From NCBI GenBank assembly GCA_963774265.1, contig CAVZDU010000002.1:608001-672000 (forward strand): DNA of 64,000 nt. The letters run 5' to 3'. The translations under genes were made by a program, and so were the position numbers. Below, in pieces: positions 1 to 10,281 of the stretch (its first letter is position 1; each line of letters starts with the position of its first letter). Below the pieces are notes generated by a model. It searched no databases and had not been told where the DNA came from. It was given only the letters and a program-made list of their open reading frames with translations. Source of the DNA: an uncultured Chloroflexia bacterium. GTDB taxonomy: Bacteria; Chloroflexota; Anaerolineae; CG2-30-64-16.

Positions 1-66
1 GCGCGAGAGACAGCTATAATCCGCACAGTTCTTATCCCCCCCTATCCAGGGGCTCCTTGCAGGCGC

Positions 67-594
67 ATGACAATCGAATTCAAACTCGAAGAATCGGATC
101 TTGTGGCGCTGGCGAAATACCAGATGGAGCATTCCCCGGCCATCCTCCGGCGTTACCGACTACAGCGATATGGCCTGGCGGCGGTCTTCGGGCTATTCGC
201 CCTGGTAAGCTACTTCGTCTTCCACAAGTCCGCGGTGGCGGCCTATTCCGCCACCCTGGGGTTGTTTTGCTTCAGCCTTTACCCACTCTACTACCGCTGG
301 GTGGTGGGACAAACCCTGCGCAAAATCGTCGGCGCCCGGCTCAACCCGGCGGCGTTCGCGATGCGCACGCTGCGGATCACCGCCGAGGGGCTGGAGCAAA
401 TCGCCGCGGGCAAGAAGACCGGCATCCCCTGGCCGCGCATCGGCCCCGTGGCGGTGACGCCGCACTACGCTTTTATCGCAGTAGATGGCGTCTACGGACA
501 GGCAATCCCGCGGGGGCGCGTGGAGGAGAAGCGCTTCCTGAGCTTCGTGCAGGCTCTACACGCGGGACGACTTGATGCGGGGACCCCCGGCTGA
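67..594 (+). CDS. YcxB-family small membrane protein
   Basis: Two N-terminal TM helices, then an 'LRITAEGLE...IPWPRI...AIPR' pattern typical of the YcxB C-terminal domain; TATAAT at 15-20 upstream. Confidence 0.65.
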   Translation: MTIEFKLEESDLVALAKYQMEHSPAILRRYRLQRYGLAAVFGLFALVSYFVFHKSAVAAYSATLGLFCFSLYPLYYRWVVGQTLRKIVGARLNPAAFAMRTLRITAEGLEQIAAGKKTGIPWPRIGPVAVTPHYAFIAVDGVYGQAIPRGRVEEKRFLSFVQALHAGRLDAGTPG

Positions 595-782
595 TAGAAC
601 TGCGTTCTGTTCCAGTGCAGACTGCGGCCGATGGATCCGTCCCGCGTCGGGTATGCCACGGAGGTGGCGAGGAAGGAGGCAAACAGACAAACAACCGATT
701 TCCATAGCAGCCCCACCTACGCGGGGCGCTCCTGTCGATTCTCAGAGCAGCCCACAACGATGTATGCTAAGAGGAGCAAATC

Positions 783-2180
783 ATGACTGCCAACAGCAAA
801 TCCAAACCGGGCTCGTTTGCGGCGTATACCGCATCCCCATTTCTCAAGATTTACTTACTCGCCCTCGTTCTCGTTCTCATTGCGGAGTTCACCGGCACCG
901 TTCGGTGGACACCGATCGCCAAGATCACCGTCGTGCTCGTTCCATTCTTCCACACGATCTATTGGGCGGTCGCGTTTGCGCCGCAGGCTCTCGGCAAGTG
1001 GGTCAAGGTTTACAGCCTCGAAGACTCGGCCTACGCCGCCAGCCTCATTGTAATCGCCACCCTCCCGCTCATGGCCCGCTACGGCGTCACCGTTGGGCCC
1101 AGTGTGCCCATGATCATCAAGGCCGGCGCCGCGCTGATCCTGCAGGAAATCGGCAACTACTGGGGCGCCATCGTGATCGCGATGCCCCTGGCGATCTTGC
1201 TCGGCCTGCGCCGTGAGGTCATCGGCGCCTGCTACTCGGTCGCCCGCGAGCCAAACCTCAGCCTGATCGGCGACGTCTACGGGCTGGACACCCCTGAGGG
1301 CCGCGGCGTCCTGGGCACCTACCTGACCGGCACCGTGCTGGGCACCGCCTTCTTCAGCATCGTCGGCAGCCTGATGGCCCTGACCGCGCCAGGCGTGTTC
1401 CATCCGCTCTCTCTGGCTATGGCCTGCGGCATCGGCAGCGCCAGCATGACGACCGCCTGCGCCGCCACCCTCTCTGAGGCGCTGCCCGCCTGGAAAGATC
1501 AGATCCTCGCTTTCGCGGCTGCCAGCAACCTGGCAACCGCAGTCCTCGGCCTCTACGCCTCCTGGCTGATCGGCCTGCCCTTCGCCGAGTGGGTCTACAA
1601 GACGATGGGCAAGCGCCGCGAGAAGGGGGTCGATGTTGCAGCTGCGGCCAAGGCCGCCGAGAGAAAGGTGGCCCGGCCGAAGACCAACGTAGGCTGGTCC
1701 ATGTTGCACGTGACCATGGTCTGCCTCCTGATCCTGATTGGCAACTGGGTGGCCACCGGCATCGCGGGAGGAAGCAACTTCAACTGGAACGCGGCGAAGG
1801 CCATCAACCCCTTGCAGGCGCTGCCCGGCGTTCTCATCCTCTGGGGGGCCTGCCTGGTGGGTGTGCTGCTGTCGCGCTACGTGCCCTTCTACGTCCCGAC
1901 CATCGCGTATGTCGGCACATTGATGTTGCTCCTCACCATCCCGGGCATGCCCGGCTCCACGCAAATCGTGGCTGCGGCGACGAAGGTCAACTTCCTGGCA
2001 ACCGCCACGCCGATCATCGCGTTCGCCAGCCTGTCGATTGCCAAAGACCTGAGCGCCTTTGCCAAGGCGGGGTGGCGTATCGTGGTCGCAGCCCTGATCA
2101 CGCTCTTCTCTGTCTTCTTCACGGCGGCGATCATCTCCGAAATCATCCTGCGCATCCAGAACTTCCCGCGGGTCCCGTGA
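783..2180 (+). CDS. DUF3100-domain membrane transporter with an extra C-terminal membrane domain
   Basis: Many TM helices; motifs LILQEIGN, GACYSVAREPNL, SLAMACGIGSASM; RBS GAGGAG. Confidence 0.75.
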   Translation: MTANSKSKPGSFAAYTASPFLKIYLLALVLVLIAEFTGTVRWTPIAKITVVLVPFFHTIYWAVAFAPQALGKWVKVYSLEDSAYAASLIVIATLPLMARYGVTVGPSVPMIIKAGAALILQEIGNYWGAIVIAMPLAILLGLRREVIGACYSVAREPNLSLIGDVYGLDTPEGRGVLGTYLTGTVLGTAFFSIVGSLMALTAPGVFHPLSLAMACGIGSASMTTACAATLSEALPAWKDQILAFAAASNLATAVLGLYASWLIGLPFAEWVYKTMGKRREKGVDVAAAAKAAERKVARPKTNVGWSMLHVTMVCLLILIGNWVATGIAGGSNFNWNAAKAINPLQALPGVLILWGACLVGVLLSRYVPFYVPTIAYVGTLMLLLTIPGMPGSTQIVAAATKVNFLATATPIIAFASLSIAKDLSAFAKAGWRIVVAALITLFSVFFTAAIISEIILRIQNFPRVP

Positions 2181-2223
2181 GGTCCGCTGCCCTGACGACG
2201 GCTAACGCCTGGATGTGAAACCT

Positions 2224-2268
2224 GACACGAAGCCGCGGCCGTCCAGCCCGGCTTCGTGTCTTCTTTTT
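2224..2268 (+). terminator. Intrinsic terminator
   Basis: 12-bp stem GACACGAAGCCG / CGGCTTCGTGTC followed by TTCTTTTT. Confidence 0.75.
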
Positions 2269-2296
2269 GTACAAAGCTAGAGCGGGAGTTGGAAAC

Positions 2297-3562
2297 ATGA
2301 TGACCGCCCACGTGGAGAATTCATCCCTGGCGGCCGCAGATCCCGTCGTCGCCGAGTTGGTGGCGCGCGAACGCCTGCGCCAGGAAATGTCCCTCGACCT
2401 GATCGCCTCCGAGAATATCGCCCCGCAGGCGGTGCTGTCCGCGGCCGGCTCATCGTTCAACAACAAGACCGCTGAAGGCTACCCCGGCCGCCGCTATCAC
2501 ACCGGGTGTGAAGTGGCCGATGAGATGGAGGCATTGGCGGTGACACGGGCCACGGCGCTCTTCGGCGCGGACCACGCCAACGTGCAGCCCCACTCCGGCG
2601 TCAACGCCAACCTGGCCGTCTACACCGCCATGTTGGCGCCAGGCGACCGACTGCTGAGCCTGATGTTGAGCCACGGCGGCCACCTGTCGCACGGCGACCC
2701 TGCGTCCCTCACCGGTCGCGTTTACGGCTTCGAACACTACGGCGTGGATCCGGTCAGCGAAGTACTGGATTACGACCAGATCCGCGACCTTGCCAGGCAA
2801 CATCGACCCAAACTGCTTGTGGCCGGCGGCAGCTCATACCCGCGCTTGATGGACTATGCGGCGCTGCGCGTCATCGCGAACGAAGTCGACGCTATGCTGC
2901 TGGTAGACATGGCGCACATCGCCGGGCTGGTGGCTGCGGGCGTCATTCCCAGCCCGGTGCCCCATGCCGATTTCGTCACTTTCACCACCTACAAGACCCT
3001 GATGGGTCCCCACGGCGGTGTTGTGCTCTGCCGGGCCGAGTATGCTAAGAAGCTCGATCGCGCCATGTTCCCCGGTGTCCAGGGCACCCCCACCCTGGCA
3101 CTGGTAGCCGCCAAAGCGGTGTGCTTCCATCTGGCGACGACGCCGGCCTTCGTGGCCGTACAGAACGCCACCGTGGCCAACGCCCGTCTGCTGTGCGCTG
3201 AGCTTGCCGGCCAGGGCCTGCGGCCAGTGTCCGGCGGCACCGACACCCACATGATGCTTCTGGATCTGCGCGGCGCCGGCCTCAAGGGCAACGCGGCTGA
3301 GGAAGCGCTCGCTCAAGCAAACATCCTCACCAACCGCAATGTGATCCCCTACGACCCGGAGCCTGTGACGGTGACCAGTGGGCTGCGCCTGGGCACCCCG
3401 GCCGCTACCGGCCGCGGGATGGGGGAGGCCGAGATGCGCGCCATCGCAGCCATGATCGGCAAGGTGCTGACCGCGCCGGGCGACGCGGCCGTCAAGGCCG
3501 CGGTGGCAGATGAGGCACGCGAATTGTGCCGCCGGTTTCCGCTGGCAGCGCGCGGATTGTGA
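2297..3562 (+). CDS. glyA: Serine hydroxymethyltransferase-family enzyme with a divergent active site
   Basis: LIASEN, EGYPGRRY, ANVQPHSG, GGHLSHG, DMAHIAGLV, PLP lysine in TTYKTLMGP, SGLRLGTPA. Confidence 0.9.
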   Translation: MMTAHVENSSLAAADPVVAELVARERLRQEMSLDLIASENIAPQAVLSAAGSSFNNKTAEGYPGRRYHTGCEVADEMEALAVTRATALFGADHANVQPHSGVNANLAVYTAMLAPGDRLLSLMLSHGGHLSHGDPASLTGRVYGFEHYGVDPVSEVLDYDQIRDLARQHRPKLLVAGGSSYPRLMDYAALRVIANEVDAMLLVDMAHIAGLVAAGVIPSPVPHADFVTFTTYKTLMGPHGGVVLCRAEYAKKLDRAMFPGVQGTPTLALVAAKAVCFHLATTPAFVAVQNATVANARLLCAELAGQGLRPVSGGTDTHMMLLDLRGAGLKGNAAEEALAQANILTNRNVIPYDPEPVTVTSGLRLGTPAATGRGMGEAEMRAIAAMIGKVLTAPGDAAVKAAVADEARELCRRFPLAARGL

Positions 3563-3628
3563 CGAAGACAAAGCTATCCATTGTCAGTTCGCTGACTTCC
3601 GGTAGCTGACCTCCAGAAGGATTCGCTC

Positions 3629-4816
3629 ATGGATCAGACGTTGTTTTCGGAACTGCAGGCGGGGATCGATGCGGACTGGATCAGCAGGATCCTGCAGGAG
3701 ATGATCCTGATCCGCAGTGAGAACCCGTTCGACGATCCGCCCCGGCCCGGTTTCCGCGAACTGGAGATGGCCGAGTATCTTTCGGGCCTGTTGGCCGGAC
3801 TGGGGCTGCAACACGAGGTGCGCGAGGTTCGCCCTGACCGTCCCAACGTGTTCGGCTATCTACCGGGCAGCGATGGCCACACCACCCTCGCACTGGCCGG
3901 CCACATCGACACTGCGCACACCACCGGATACGCCCGGGCCTACGATGTGCAGCTTGAGGATGGCAAGATCCGTGGCCGCGGCGCGTGTGACATGAAGGCT
4001 GGGCTGGCGGCCTATCTCGGGGTGGCCAGGGTGTTGCTGGAGGCCAAGGCTCCCCTCAAGGGCGGTTTGGTTTTACTCTTCAACATGGACGAGGAGTACC
4101 AGATGTTGGGCTCCCAGGCTATCGGCCGCGATGGCCCGCGCGCGGATCAGGGCATCGTCGCCGAGCCCACCAACCTCGCTATCTGCCCGTCCAACAAGGG
4201 TCGCGTCAGCACGAAGCTCATCACGCGCGGCCGGGCCGCGCACTCCAGCGTGCCCGAAAAGGGGATCAACGCCATCGGCCGCATGGCGCGCGTGATAGAC
4301 GCCTTCGACGACTACAACGCCGAGCTGCTGACCCGTCCCCAGCACCCGCTGTGCGGCAACGGCCGCTTCAACCCAGGGGTCATTAAAGGCGGGGTGCAGG
4401 TTAACATGGTGCCGGACTATTGTGAGCTGGAGGTAGACCGGCGCACCTTGCCCGGCGAGACAAAGGAGCAGGTGTATGGGGAGTTCCATGCACGCATCGC
4501 ACGGGCCGCGCAGGGCGATCCGGACTTCGCTTACGAAATCACCCCGCCGACCTGGCTGATTCCGGCTAATGACATCTCACCCACCGAGCCCGTGGTGGTG
4601 GCATTACGCAGGGCGCATCTCGCCCTCCGAGGCAGTGATCCCGGAGTGCAGGCGTTCGTAGCCGGCTCTGACGCGCCGCACTATGGCTTTCCCACAGTAG
4701 TCTGCGGCCCCGGTTCCATCGCCCAGGCCCACACCACCGACGAGTGGGTTCTACTGGCGGAAGTAGTCGACGCGGCGCGGCTGTACCTGCACGTCGCATT
4801 GCAATTGTTGAGCTAG
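3629..4816 (+). CDS. M20 family deacylase (ArgE/DapE-like)
   Basis: GHIDT, GRGACDMK, DEE, AEPT, AHTTDE metal-ligand motifs. Confidence 0.9.
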   Translation: MDQTLFSELQAGIDADWISRILQEMILIRSENPFDDPPRPGFRELEMAEYLSGLLAGLGLQHEVREVRPDRPNVFGYLPGSDGHTTLALAGHIDTAHTTGYARAYDVQLEDGKIRGRGACDMKAGLAAYLGVARVLLEAKAPLKGGLVLLFNMDEEYQMLGSQAIGRDGPRADQGIVAEPTNLAICPSNKGRVSTKLITRGRAAHSSVPEKGINAIGRMARVIDAFDDYNAELLTRPQHPLCGNGRFNPGVIKGGVQVNMVPDYCELEVDRRTLPGETKEQVYGEFHARIARAAQGDPDFAYEITPPTWLIPANDISPTEPVVVALRRAHLALRGSDPGVQAFVAGSDAPHYGFPTVVCGPGSIAQAHTTDEWVLLAEVVDAARLYLHVALQLLS

Positions 4817-4827
4817 GAGTAAATTCC

Positions 4828-6135
4828 ATGACCCGTGAAGAACTCAAGCAGGCGGTGTGCGCCGAGATCGACCGGCGGCGCGACGACATCATCGGCATTG
4901 CCCAGACCATGCTGCACCACCCCGAGCTGGGCTACAAAGAGGTCAAGACCGCGGCCCTGGTGCGCGACACCCTGGCCGGACTGGGGCTGCCGGTCCGCGA
5001 AGGGCTGGCCATCACCGGTGTGGATGGCGTGCTGGCAGGTGACCAACCCGGCCCGAGCCTGTGCATCATGGGCGAGCTCGACTCGGTGGTGGCCGCGGAC
5101 GCGGCCGTGTGCGACCCGGTCACCGGCGCCGCGCACCAGTGCGGCCACCATATCCAGGTGGCGAGCATGCTGGGCGCCGCGATCGGCCTGGTCAACGCAG
5201 GGGCCGCCCGCGCGCTTGCGGGCCGGATCCACTTCCTGGGCGCGCCCGCCGAGGAATTCCTGGAGATCGAGTACCGGCTGGGCCTGGCTGAAGCGGGCAA
5301 GATCACCTACCTCGGCGGCAAGCAAGAGCTGATCAAGCTGGGCTACTTCGACGACATCGCCATCGCGATGATGGTCCACAGCCAATCCAAAGCGCCCCAG
5401 CCGGGACTTCACTTCGGCTACCAGGCCAACGGCTTCCTGGCCAAGTTCATCCGCTACGCCGGCCGGGCCTCTCACGCGGGCGCTGCGCCGCAGGACGGCA
5501 TCAACGCGCTTAACGCGGCCTGCCTCGGCATCCTCGCCGTGCACGCGCAACGCGAAACCTTCCAGGACAAGGATTCGATCCGCGTGCACCCCATCATCAC
5601 CAAGGGCGGTGATGTGGTGAATGTGGTCCCCTCCGACGTCCGCATGGAGACCTATGTGCGCGGCCGCGCGGTCGAAGCCATCCTCGACGCGTCAAAGAAG
5701 GTGGACCGCGCGTTCCGGGCCGGCGGCGACGCGGTGGGTGCGGAGACGCACATCCAGAACGTGCCCGGCTACCTGCCCATCTTCCAGGATGAGCCGCTGA
5801 CCCGCCTCGCGATGGAGAACGGCCGCGCGTTGTTGGGTGAGGAAGGCGTGCATTACGGCGGGTTCCTGGGCGGCTCGCTCGACGTCGGCGACCTTTCACA
5901 TCTCATGCCCGTGCTGCATCCCTTTGTCGGCGGCACGCAGGGGCCGATCCACGGCGCAGACTTCGCCATCGTGGACTATGATGCCGCAGCCGTAGTGCCC
6001 GCCAAGATGATGGCCATGACCGCCGTCGACCTGCTGATCGACGGCGCAGCCGAGGCCCGCCAGATCGTCTCGAACCACAAGCCTAAGCTCACCAAGGCAG
6101 AGTACCTGGCCATGATGGAAGACCTCAAGAAGTAA
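4828..6135 (+). CDS. M20 family amidohydrolase (ACY1L2/AbgB-like)
   Basis: HPELGYKE, GELD, HQCGH, PAEE, GSLDVGDLS; RBS AGGAG before ATG 4828. Confidence 0.88.
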   Translation: MTREELKQAVCAEIDRRRDDIIGIAQTMLHHPELGYKEVKTAALVRDTLAGLGLPVREGLAITGVDGVLAGDQPGPSLCIMGELDSVVAADAAVCDPVTGAAHQCGHHIQVASMLGAAIGLVNAGAARALAGRIHFLGAPAEEFLEIEYRLGLAEAGKITYLGGKQELIKLGYFDDIAIAMMVHSQSKAPQPGLHFGYQANGFLAKFIRYAGRASHAGAAPQDGINALNAACLGILAVHAQRETFQDKDSIRVHPIITKGGDVVNVVPSDVRMETYVRGRAVEAILDASKKVDRAFRAGGDAVGAETHIQNVPGYLPIFQDEPLTRLAMENGRALLGEEGVHYGGFLGGSLDVGDLSHLMPVLHPFVGGTQGPIHGADFAIVDYDAAAVVPAKMMAMTAVDLLIDGAAEARQIVSNHKPKLTKAEYLAMMEDLKK

Positions 6136-6303
6136 GGTCCACCGCGCCGGGAGCGGATGTGCTCGAATTCGGGAGTTTGGAGTAGGAGGCGGGTCCATGC
6201 TATGCTTCCAGCGTGATCAGCAGGCCCGTGGCGTCTGCATCCTCTGCAAGCTGCAGCCGGAGCCGATCGAGATGCCGGGGCCTTACCAGGAAAGAGTGCC
6301 GCC

Positions 6304-7059
6304 ATGTCCAAGATCATCTCCGTCCACTCGTTTCGCGGGGGCACCGGCAAATCCAACACCACGGCCAACCTCGCAGCGTTGATGGCGATGCGCGGCCAGC
6401 GCGTGGGTGTGGTCGATACCGACATCGCCTCGCCGGGTATCCACATCCTGTTCGGCATGGACGACACCGGCCTGGGACGCTCCCTCAACGATTACCTTTG
6501 GGGTCAGTGTCGGATCGAAGACACGGCGCACGATGTAACGGCCAGCCTCGGATCCGATGTGCGCGGCAAGGTGCTGCTGATCCCTTCCAGCATCAAGGCC
6601 GGCGCGATCGCCCGCATTCTGCGCGAGGGCTATGACGTTGGGCTGCTTAGCGACGGCTTCCGGGACCTGATCACTTCCTTGCGCCTCGATGCTCTGCTCG
6701 TGGACACGCACCCCGGCCTGAACGAAGAGACCCTGCTCTCGATGGCCATCTCGGATATACTGGTCATCGTCCTGCGCCCCGATCAGCAAGATTACCAGGG
6801 CACCGCGGTCACGGTGGAAGTCGCGCGCAAACTGGACGTGCCCTGCCTGAGGCTGATCGTCAATAAAGTGCCCGCCGCCTTCAACCCCGAGGAAGTGCGG
6901 GCGCGGGTCGAGCAAACGTACGGCTGCCAGGTAGCGGCGGTGCTGCCGCACAGCGACGAGATGATGGTGTTGGCCAGCGGCGGGGTGTTTGTCACGCGCT
7001 ACCCGAACTACCCGCTGACCGCGCTGTACCGGCAAGCTCTGGAGCGCCTGGAGGCGTAG
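6304..7059 (+). CDS. MinD/ParA family ATPase
   Basis: Deviant Walker A RGGTGKS, VDTD, VDTHPG, NK motif. Confidence 0.9.
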   Translation: MSKIISVHSFRGGTGKSNTTANLAALMAMRGQRVGVVDTDIASPGIHILFGMDDTGLGRSLNDYLWGQCRIEDTAHDVTASLGSDVRGKVLLIPSSIKAGAIARILREGYDVGLLSDGFRDLITSLRLDALLVDTHPGLNEETLLSMAISDILVIVLRPDQQDYQGTAVTVEVARKLDVPCLRLIVNKVPAAFNPEEVRARVEQTYGCQVAAVLPHSDEMMVLASGGVFVTRYPNYPLTALYRQALERLEA

Positions 7060-7098
7060 GAACGATAGATCGGGCGCCGCGTCGGCAGGAGAGCCTCT

Positions 7099-9822
7099 AT
7101 GAGCCCAACGGAGAGCTTCGAAGACGACAAGGTGCAGGAACGCGCCGCCGAACCGGCCGGGGCCACCCTCCAGGCCGAGGTCGCAGCCGCGCGGGCCGAT
7201 CGCGAGCGCGCCGCGCTTCTGGATCAGATGGTGCGCCAGAACGAGTACCTGGCTGCACTGCACGAGGTGACGCTCGGCTTGATCACCCGGCTGGATCACC
7301 GGGAACTGCTCGAAGCGATCATCACGCGCGCCGCACAGCTCCTGGACGCCCCCCACGGCTTCGTTTATCTCCTTAAGCCCGGTGCAAGCGAAATGGAGTG
7401 CAAGGTCGGCGTCGGGGCGCTCACCCAGCTGGTCGGGTCCAGCACGAAACCCGGGGAAGGCGTGGCGGGCAACGTCTGGCAGACGGGCGAGCCGCTCGTC
7501 GTGGATGACTACGATCACTGGCCTGGCCGCGTGCAGCAGTTCGCGCTCGGCCTTCTGGGCGCGGTCGTGTGTGTTCCGTTCAAATCCGGGGGGCAGGTCG
7601 TGGGCGCCATCGGGTTAGCTCGTGATCCCGCGACTGACCGGGCCTTTGGGACGGAGGAGCTCGCGCTGTTAGGCCGGTTCGCCCAGTTAGCCTCGGTCGC
7701 CCTGGACAACGCACGGCTTTACTCGGCCGCCCAGGAAACGCAACGCCGGCTGACGGACATCATCGACTTCCTACCGGATCCCACGATGGTCATCGATGAG
7801 GCATGCCGCGTCATTGCCTGGAACCGGGCCATGGAACAGATGACGGGGGTCGCCGCGCAGGACATGCTGGGCAAGGGCGACTACGAGTACGCCATCCCCT
7901 TCTACGGCGAACGACGGCCGATCCTCATCGACCTGGTGCGCCTGCCCCCTGAGGAGTTCGCGCACAAGTATGCCCACATCGCGAGACAAGGCTCGGTGCT
8001 GTCGGGGGAAACGTTCGTGACCCACCTGCGGGGAAGCAGCGGTTATCTGTATGCCACGGCATCCGCGCTCCATGATTCGAATGGCGATTTCGCGGGCGCG
8101 ATCGAAACGATTCGTGACCTGACCGAGCGCAAGCAGGCGGAAGAGGAGCTGCAACAGGCCAAGGAAGCGGCCGAGGCGGCCACGCAGGCCAAGAGCGCCT
8201 TCCTGGCCACGATGAGCCACGAGATCCGCACGCCGATGAACGCCATCATCGGCATGAGCGGCCTGCTGCTCGACACGCCGCTCACGCCAGACCAGCGCGA
8301 TTTCGCCGAGACGATCCGCAACAGCGGCGACGCCCTGCTGACCATCATCAACGACATCCTGGACTTCTCCAAGATCGAAGCCGGCAAGATGGAGCTGGAG
8401 CAGCAGCCCTTCGACCTGCGCGAGTGCGTGGAGTCGGCGCTGGACCTGATGAAGCTGAGGGCCGCGGAGAAGGGCCTGGAGCTGGCCTGCGAGATCGCCG
8501 GCGACGTCCCGCTCGCCATCGTCGGCGACGTGACCCGCCTGCGCCAGATCCTGGTCAACCTGCTGAGCAATGCGGTCAAGTTCACCGAGCACGGCGAGGT
8601 GGTGGTGACGGTGACTGGCGACGAAGTGCCCGGCACCTTGAAGGTGCCGGGCACTTGGAGCACTTGGGTCCGAGCGCTCAGGGCACTTGCACTTCACCGT
8701 CCGCGACACCGGCATCGGCATCCCGGCCGACCGGCTGGACCGGCTGTTCCAGGCCTTCAGCCAGGTGGATGCCTCGACCACGCGCAAGTACGGCGGCACC
8801 GGGCTGGGGCTGGCGATCAGCAAGCGGCTGAGCGAGATGATGGGCGGCACGATGTGGGTGGAAAGCGAAGGCGTGCCGGGCAAAGGCTCGACCTTCCACT
8901 TCACGATTCAGGCGCCGGCGGCCACCGAGCTGCCGAAGCGGTCGCACCTGCAGCGGCGAGTCACCCGAGCTGCGCGGCCGGCGCGTGCTGATCGTGGACG
9001 ACAACGCCACCAACCGGCGCATCCTGACGCTGCAGACGCAGGGCTGGGGCATGCTGCCGCGCGCCACCGGCTCGCCGCACGAGGCGCTGGCGTGGGTGCG
9101 GCAGGGCGAGCCGTTCGACCTGGCCATCCTGGACCTGCACATGCCGGAGATGGATGGCGTTGCGCTGGCCGCCGAAGGCGAGTGCAGTCGAAGATCGTGC
9201 CGCGACGCTGAGCATCCAAGCTCGATCGTCTCGCCGCTTGATCCTGCTGTCCTCCCTGGGCGGCTATGGCAGGGAGATCCCGCCGGGCCTCTTTGCCGCG
9301 AGCCTGACCAAGCCGATCCGGGCCTCGGCGCTGTTCGATGCGCTGATGGGCGTCTTCGCCGGGCAGCGGCGCCTGGTCCTGCGCCGGCGCGCGCGCCGGC
9401 ACGGCCCGGACGCCGAGATGGCGCAGCGGCTGCCGCTGCGCATCCTGCTGGCCGAGGACAACGCCGTCAACCAGAAGCTGGCGCTGCGGCTGCTGGCGCA
9501 GATGGGCTACCGGGCCGACGTGGCCGCGAACGGCCTGGAGGCGATCCAGGCGCTGGAGCGCCAGCCGTACGACGTGGTCCTGATGGACGTGCAGATGCCG
9601 GAGATGGACGGGCTGGAGGCGACGCGGCACATCTGCGCCCGCTGGCCGGGCGAGGAGCGGCCGCGCATCATCGCCATGACCGCCAACGCCATGCAGGGCG
9701 ACCGCGAGATGTGCCTGGAGGCCGGCATGGACGACTATGTCAGCAAGCCGATCCGCGTGGACGAGCTCATCCGGGCGCTGGCACGCTGCACACCATTGGC
9801 TCAAGGCTACACGCCCGCGTGA
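7099..9822 (+). CDS. Hybrid sensor histidine kinase (GAF-PAS-HisKA-HATPase-REC-REC), frameshifted near 8670, 8960 and 9200
   Basis: [11 protein letters not shown]-box, [11 protein letters not shown]-box, DTGIGI and GGTGLGL G-boxes, two receivers ([18 protein letters not shown]) spread over successive frames. Confidence 0.9.
8624..8656. repeat. REP-like palindrome inside the kinase ORF
   Basis: AAGTGCCCGGCACCTT-G-AAGGTGCCGGGCACTT with perfect 16-bp arms; same unit as 44749-44806. Confidence 0.85.
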
Positions 9823-9852
9823 CCCGGGCTAATTCAGCAGAAGGGCATCGAG

Positions 9853-10239
9853 ATGCCAACATCTGAGATCATCGACGAGACTACCCTCGCCAGGCTGCTC
9901 GACAGCCTCGGGGGAGATGCCGATTTCCTGAGCGAACTTGTGGAAGCTTATTTGGCCTCGACCCCCGAGCTTTTCGCCAGCATGCGGCAGGCCGTTGCAG
10001 CCGGCGATGCCGCCGGGCTGCAGCGTGCAGCGCACAGCCTCAAAACCGGCAGCGCCAGCTTCGGCGCCGCGGTGTTCGCAGCCCGGTGCAAGGAAGTGGA
10101 AGACTTGGGCAAGTTGGGTGCGTTGGACGGTGCTGAGGAAGCGGTCCGGGCGCTCGAGGCAGCGTACCCCGAAGTGGTTGCGGCGCTGAAGGCCAGGGTG
10201 CAAGGCGCGGCCTCGGCTCCCGCCGATGAACCTTCGTAG
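9853..10239 (+). CDS. Hpt phosphotransfer protein
   Basis: AAHSLKTGSASFGA Hpt motif; directly follows the hybrid kinase. Confidence 0.9.
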   Translation: MPTSEIIDETTLARLLDSLGGDADFLSELVEAYLASTPELFASMRQAVAAGDAAGLQRAAHSLKTGSASFGAAVFAARCKEVEDLGKLGALDGAEEAVRALEAAYPEVVAALKARVQGAASAPADEPS

Positions 10240-10281
10240 GTAACAGTGCGCCGGCCTTCGTTCGCCGGTTGAGGTTCCCTG

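Noticed and set aside
595-782. Possible glycine or other riboswitch upstream of the transporter-glyA cluster
   Set aside because: No glycine aptamer motifs (GGAGA...CCGAAG...CTCTCAGG), T-box or terminator/antiterminator pair visible
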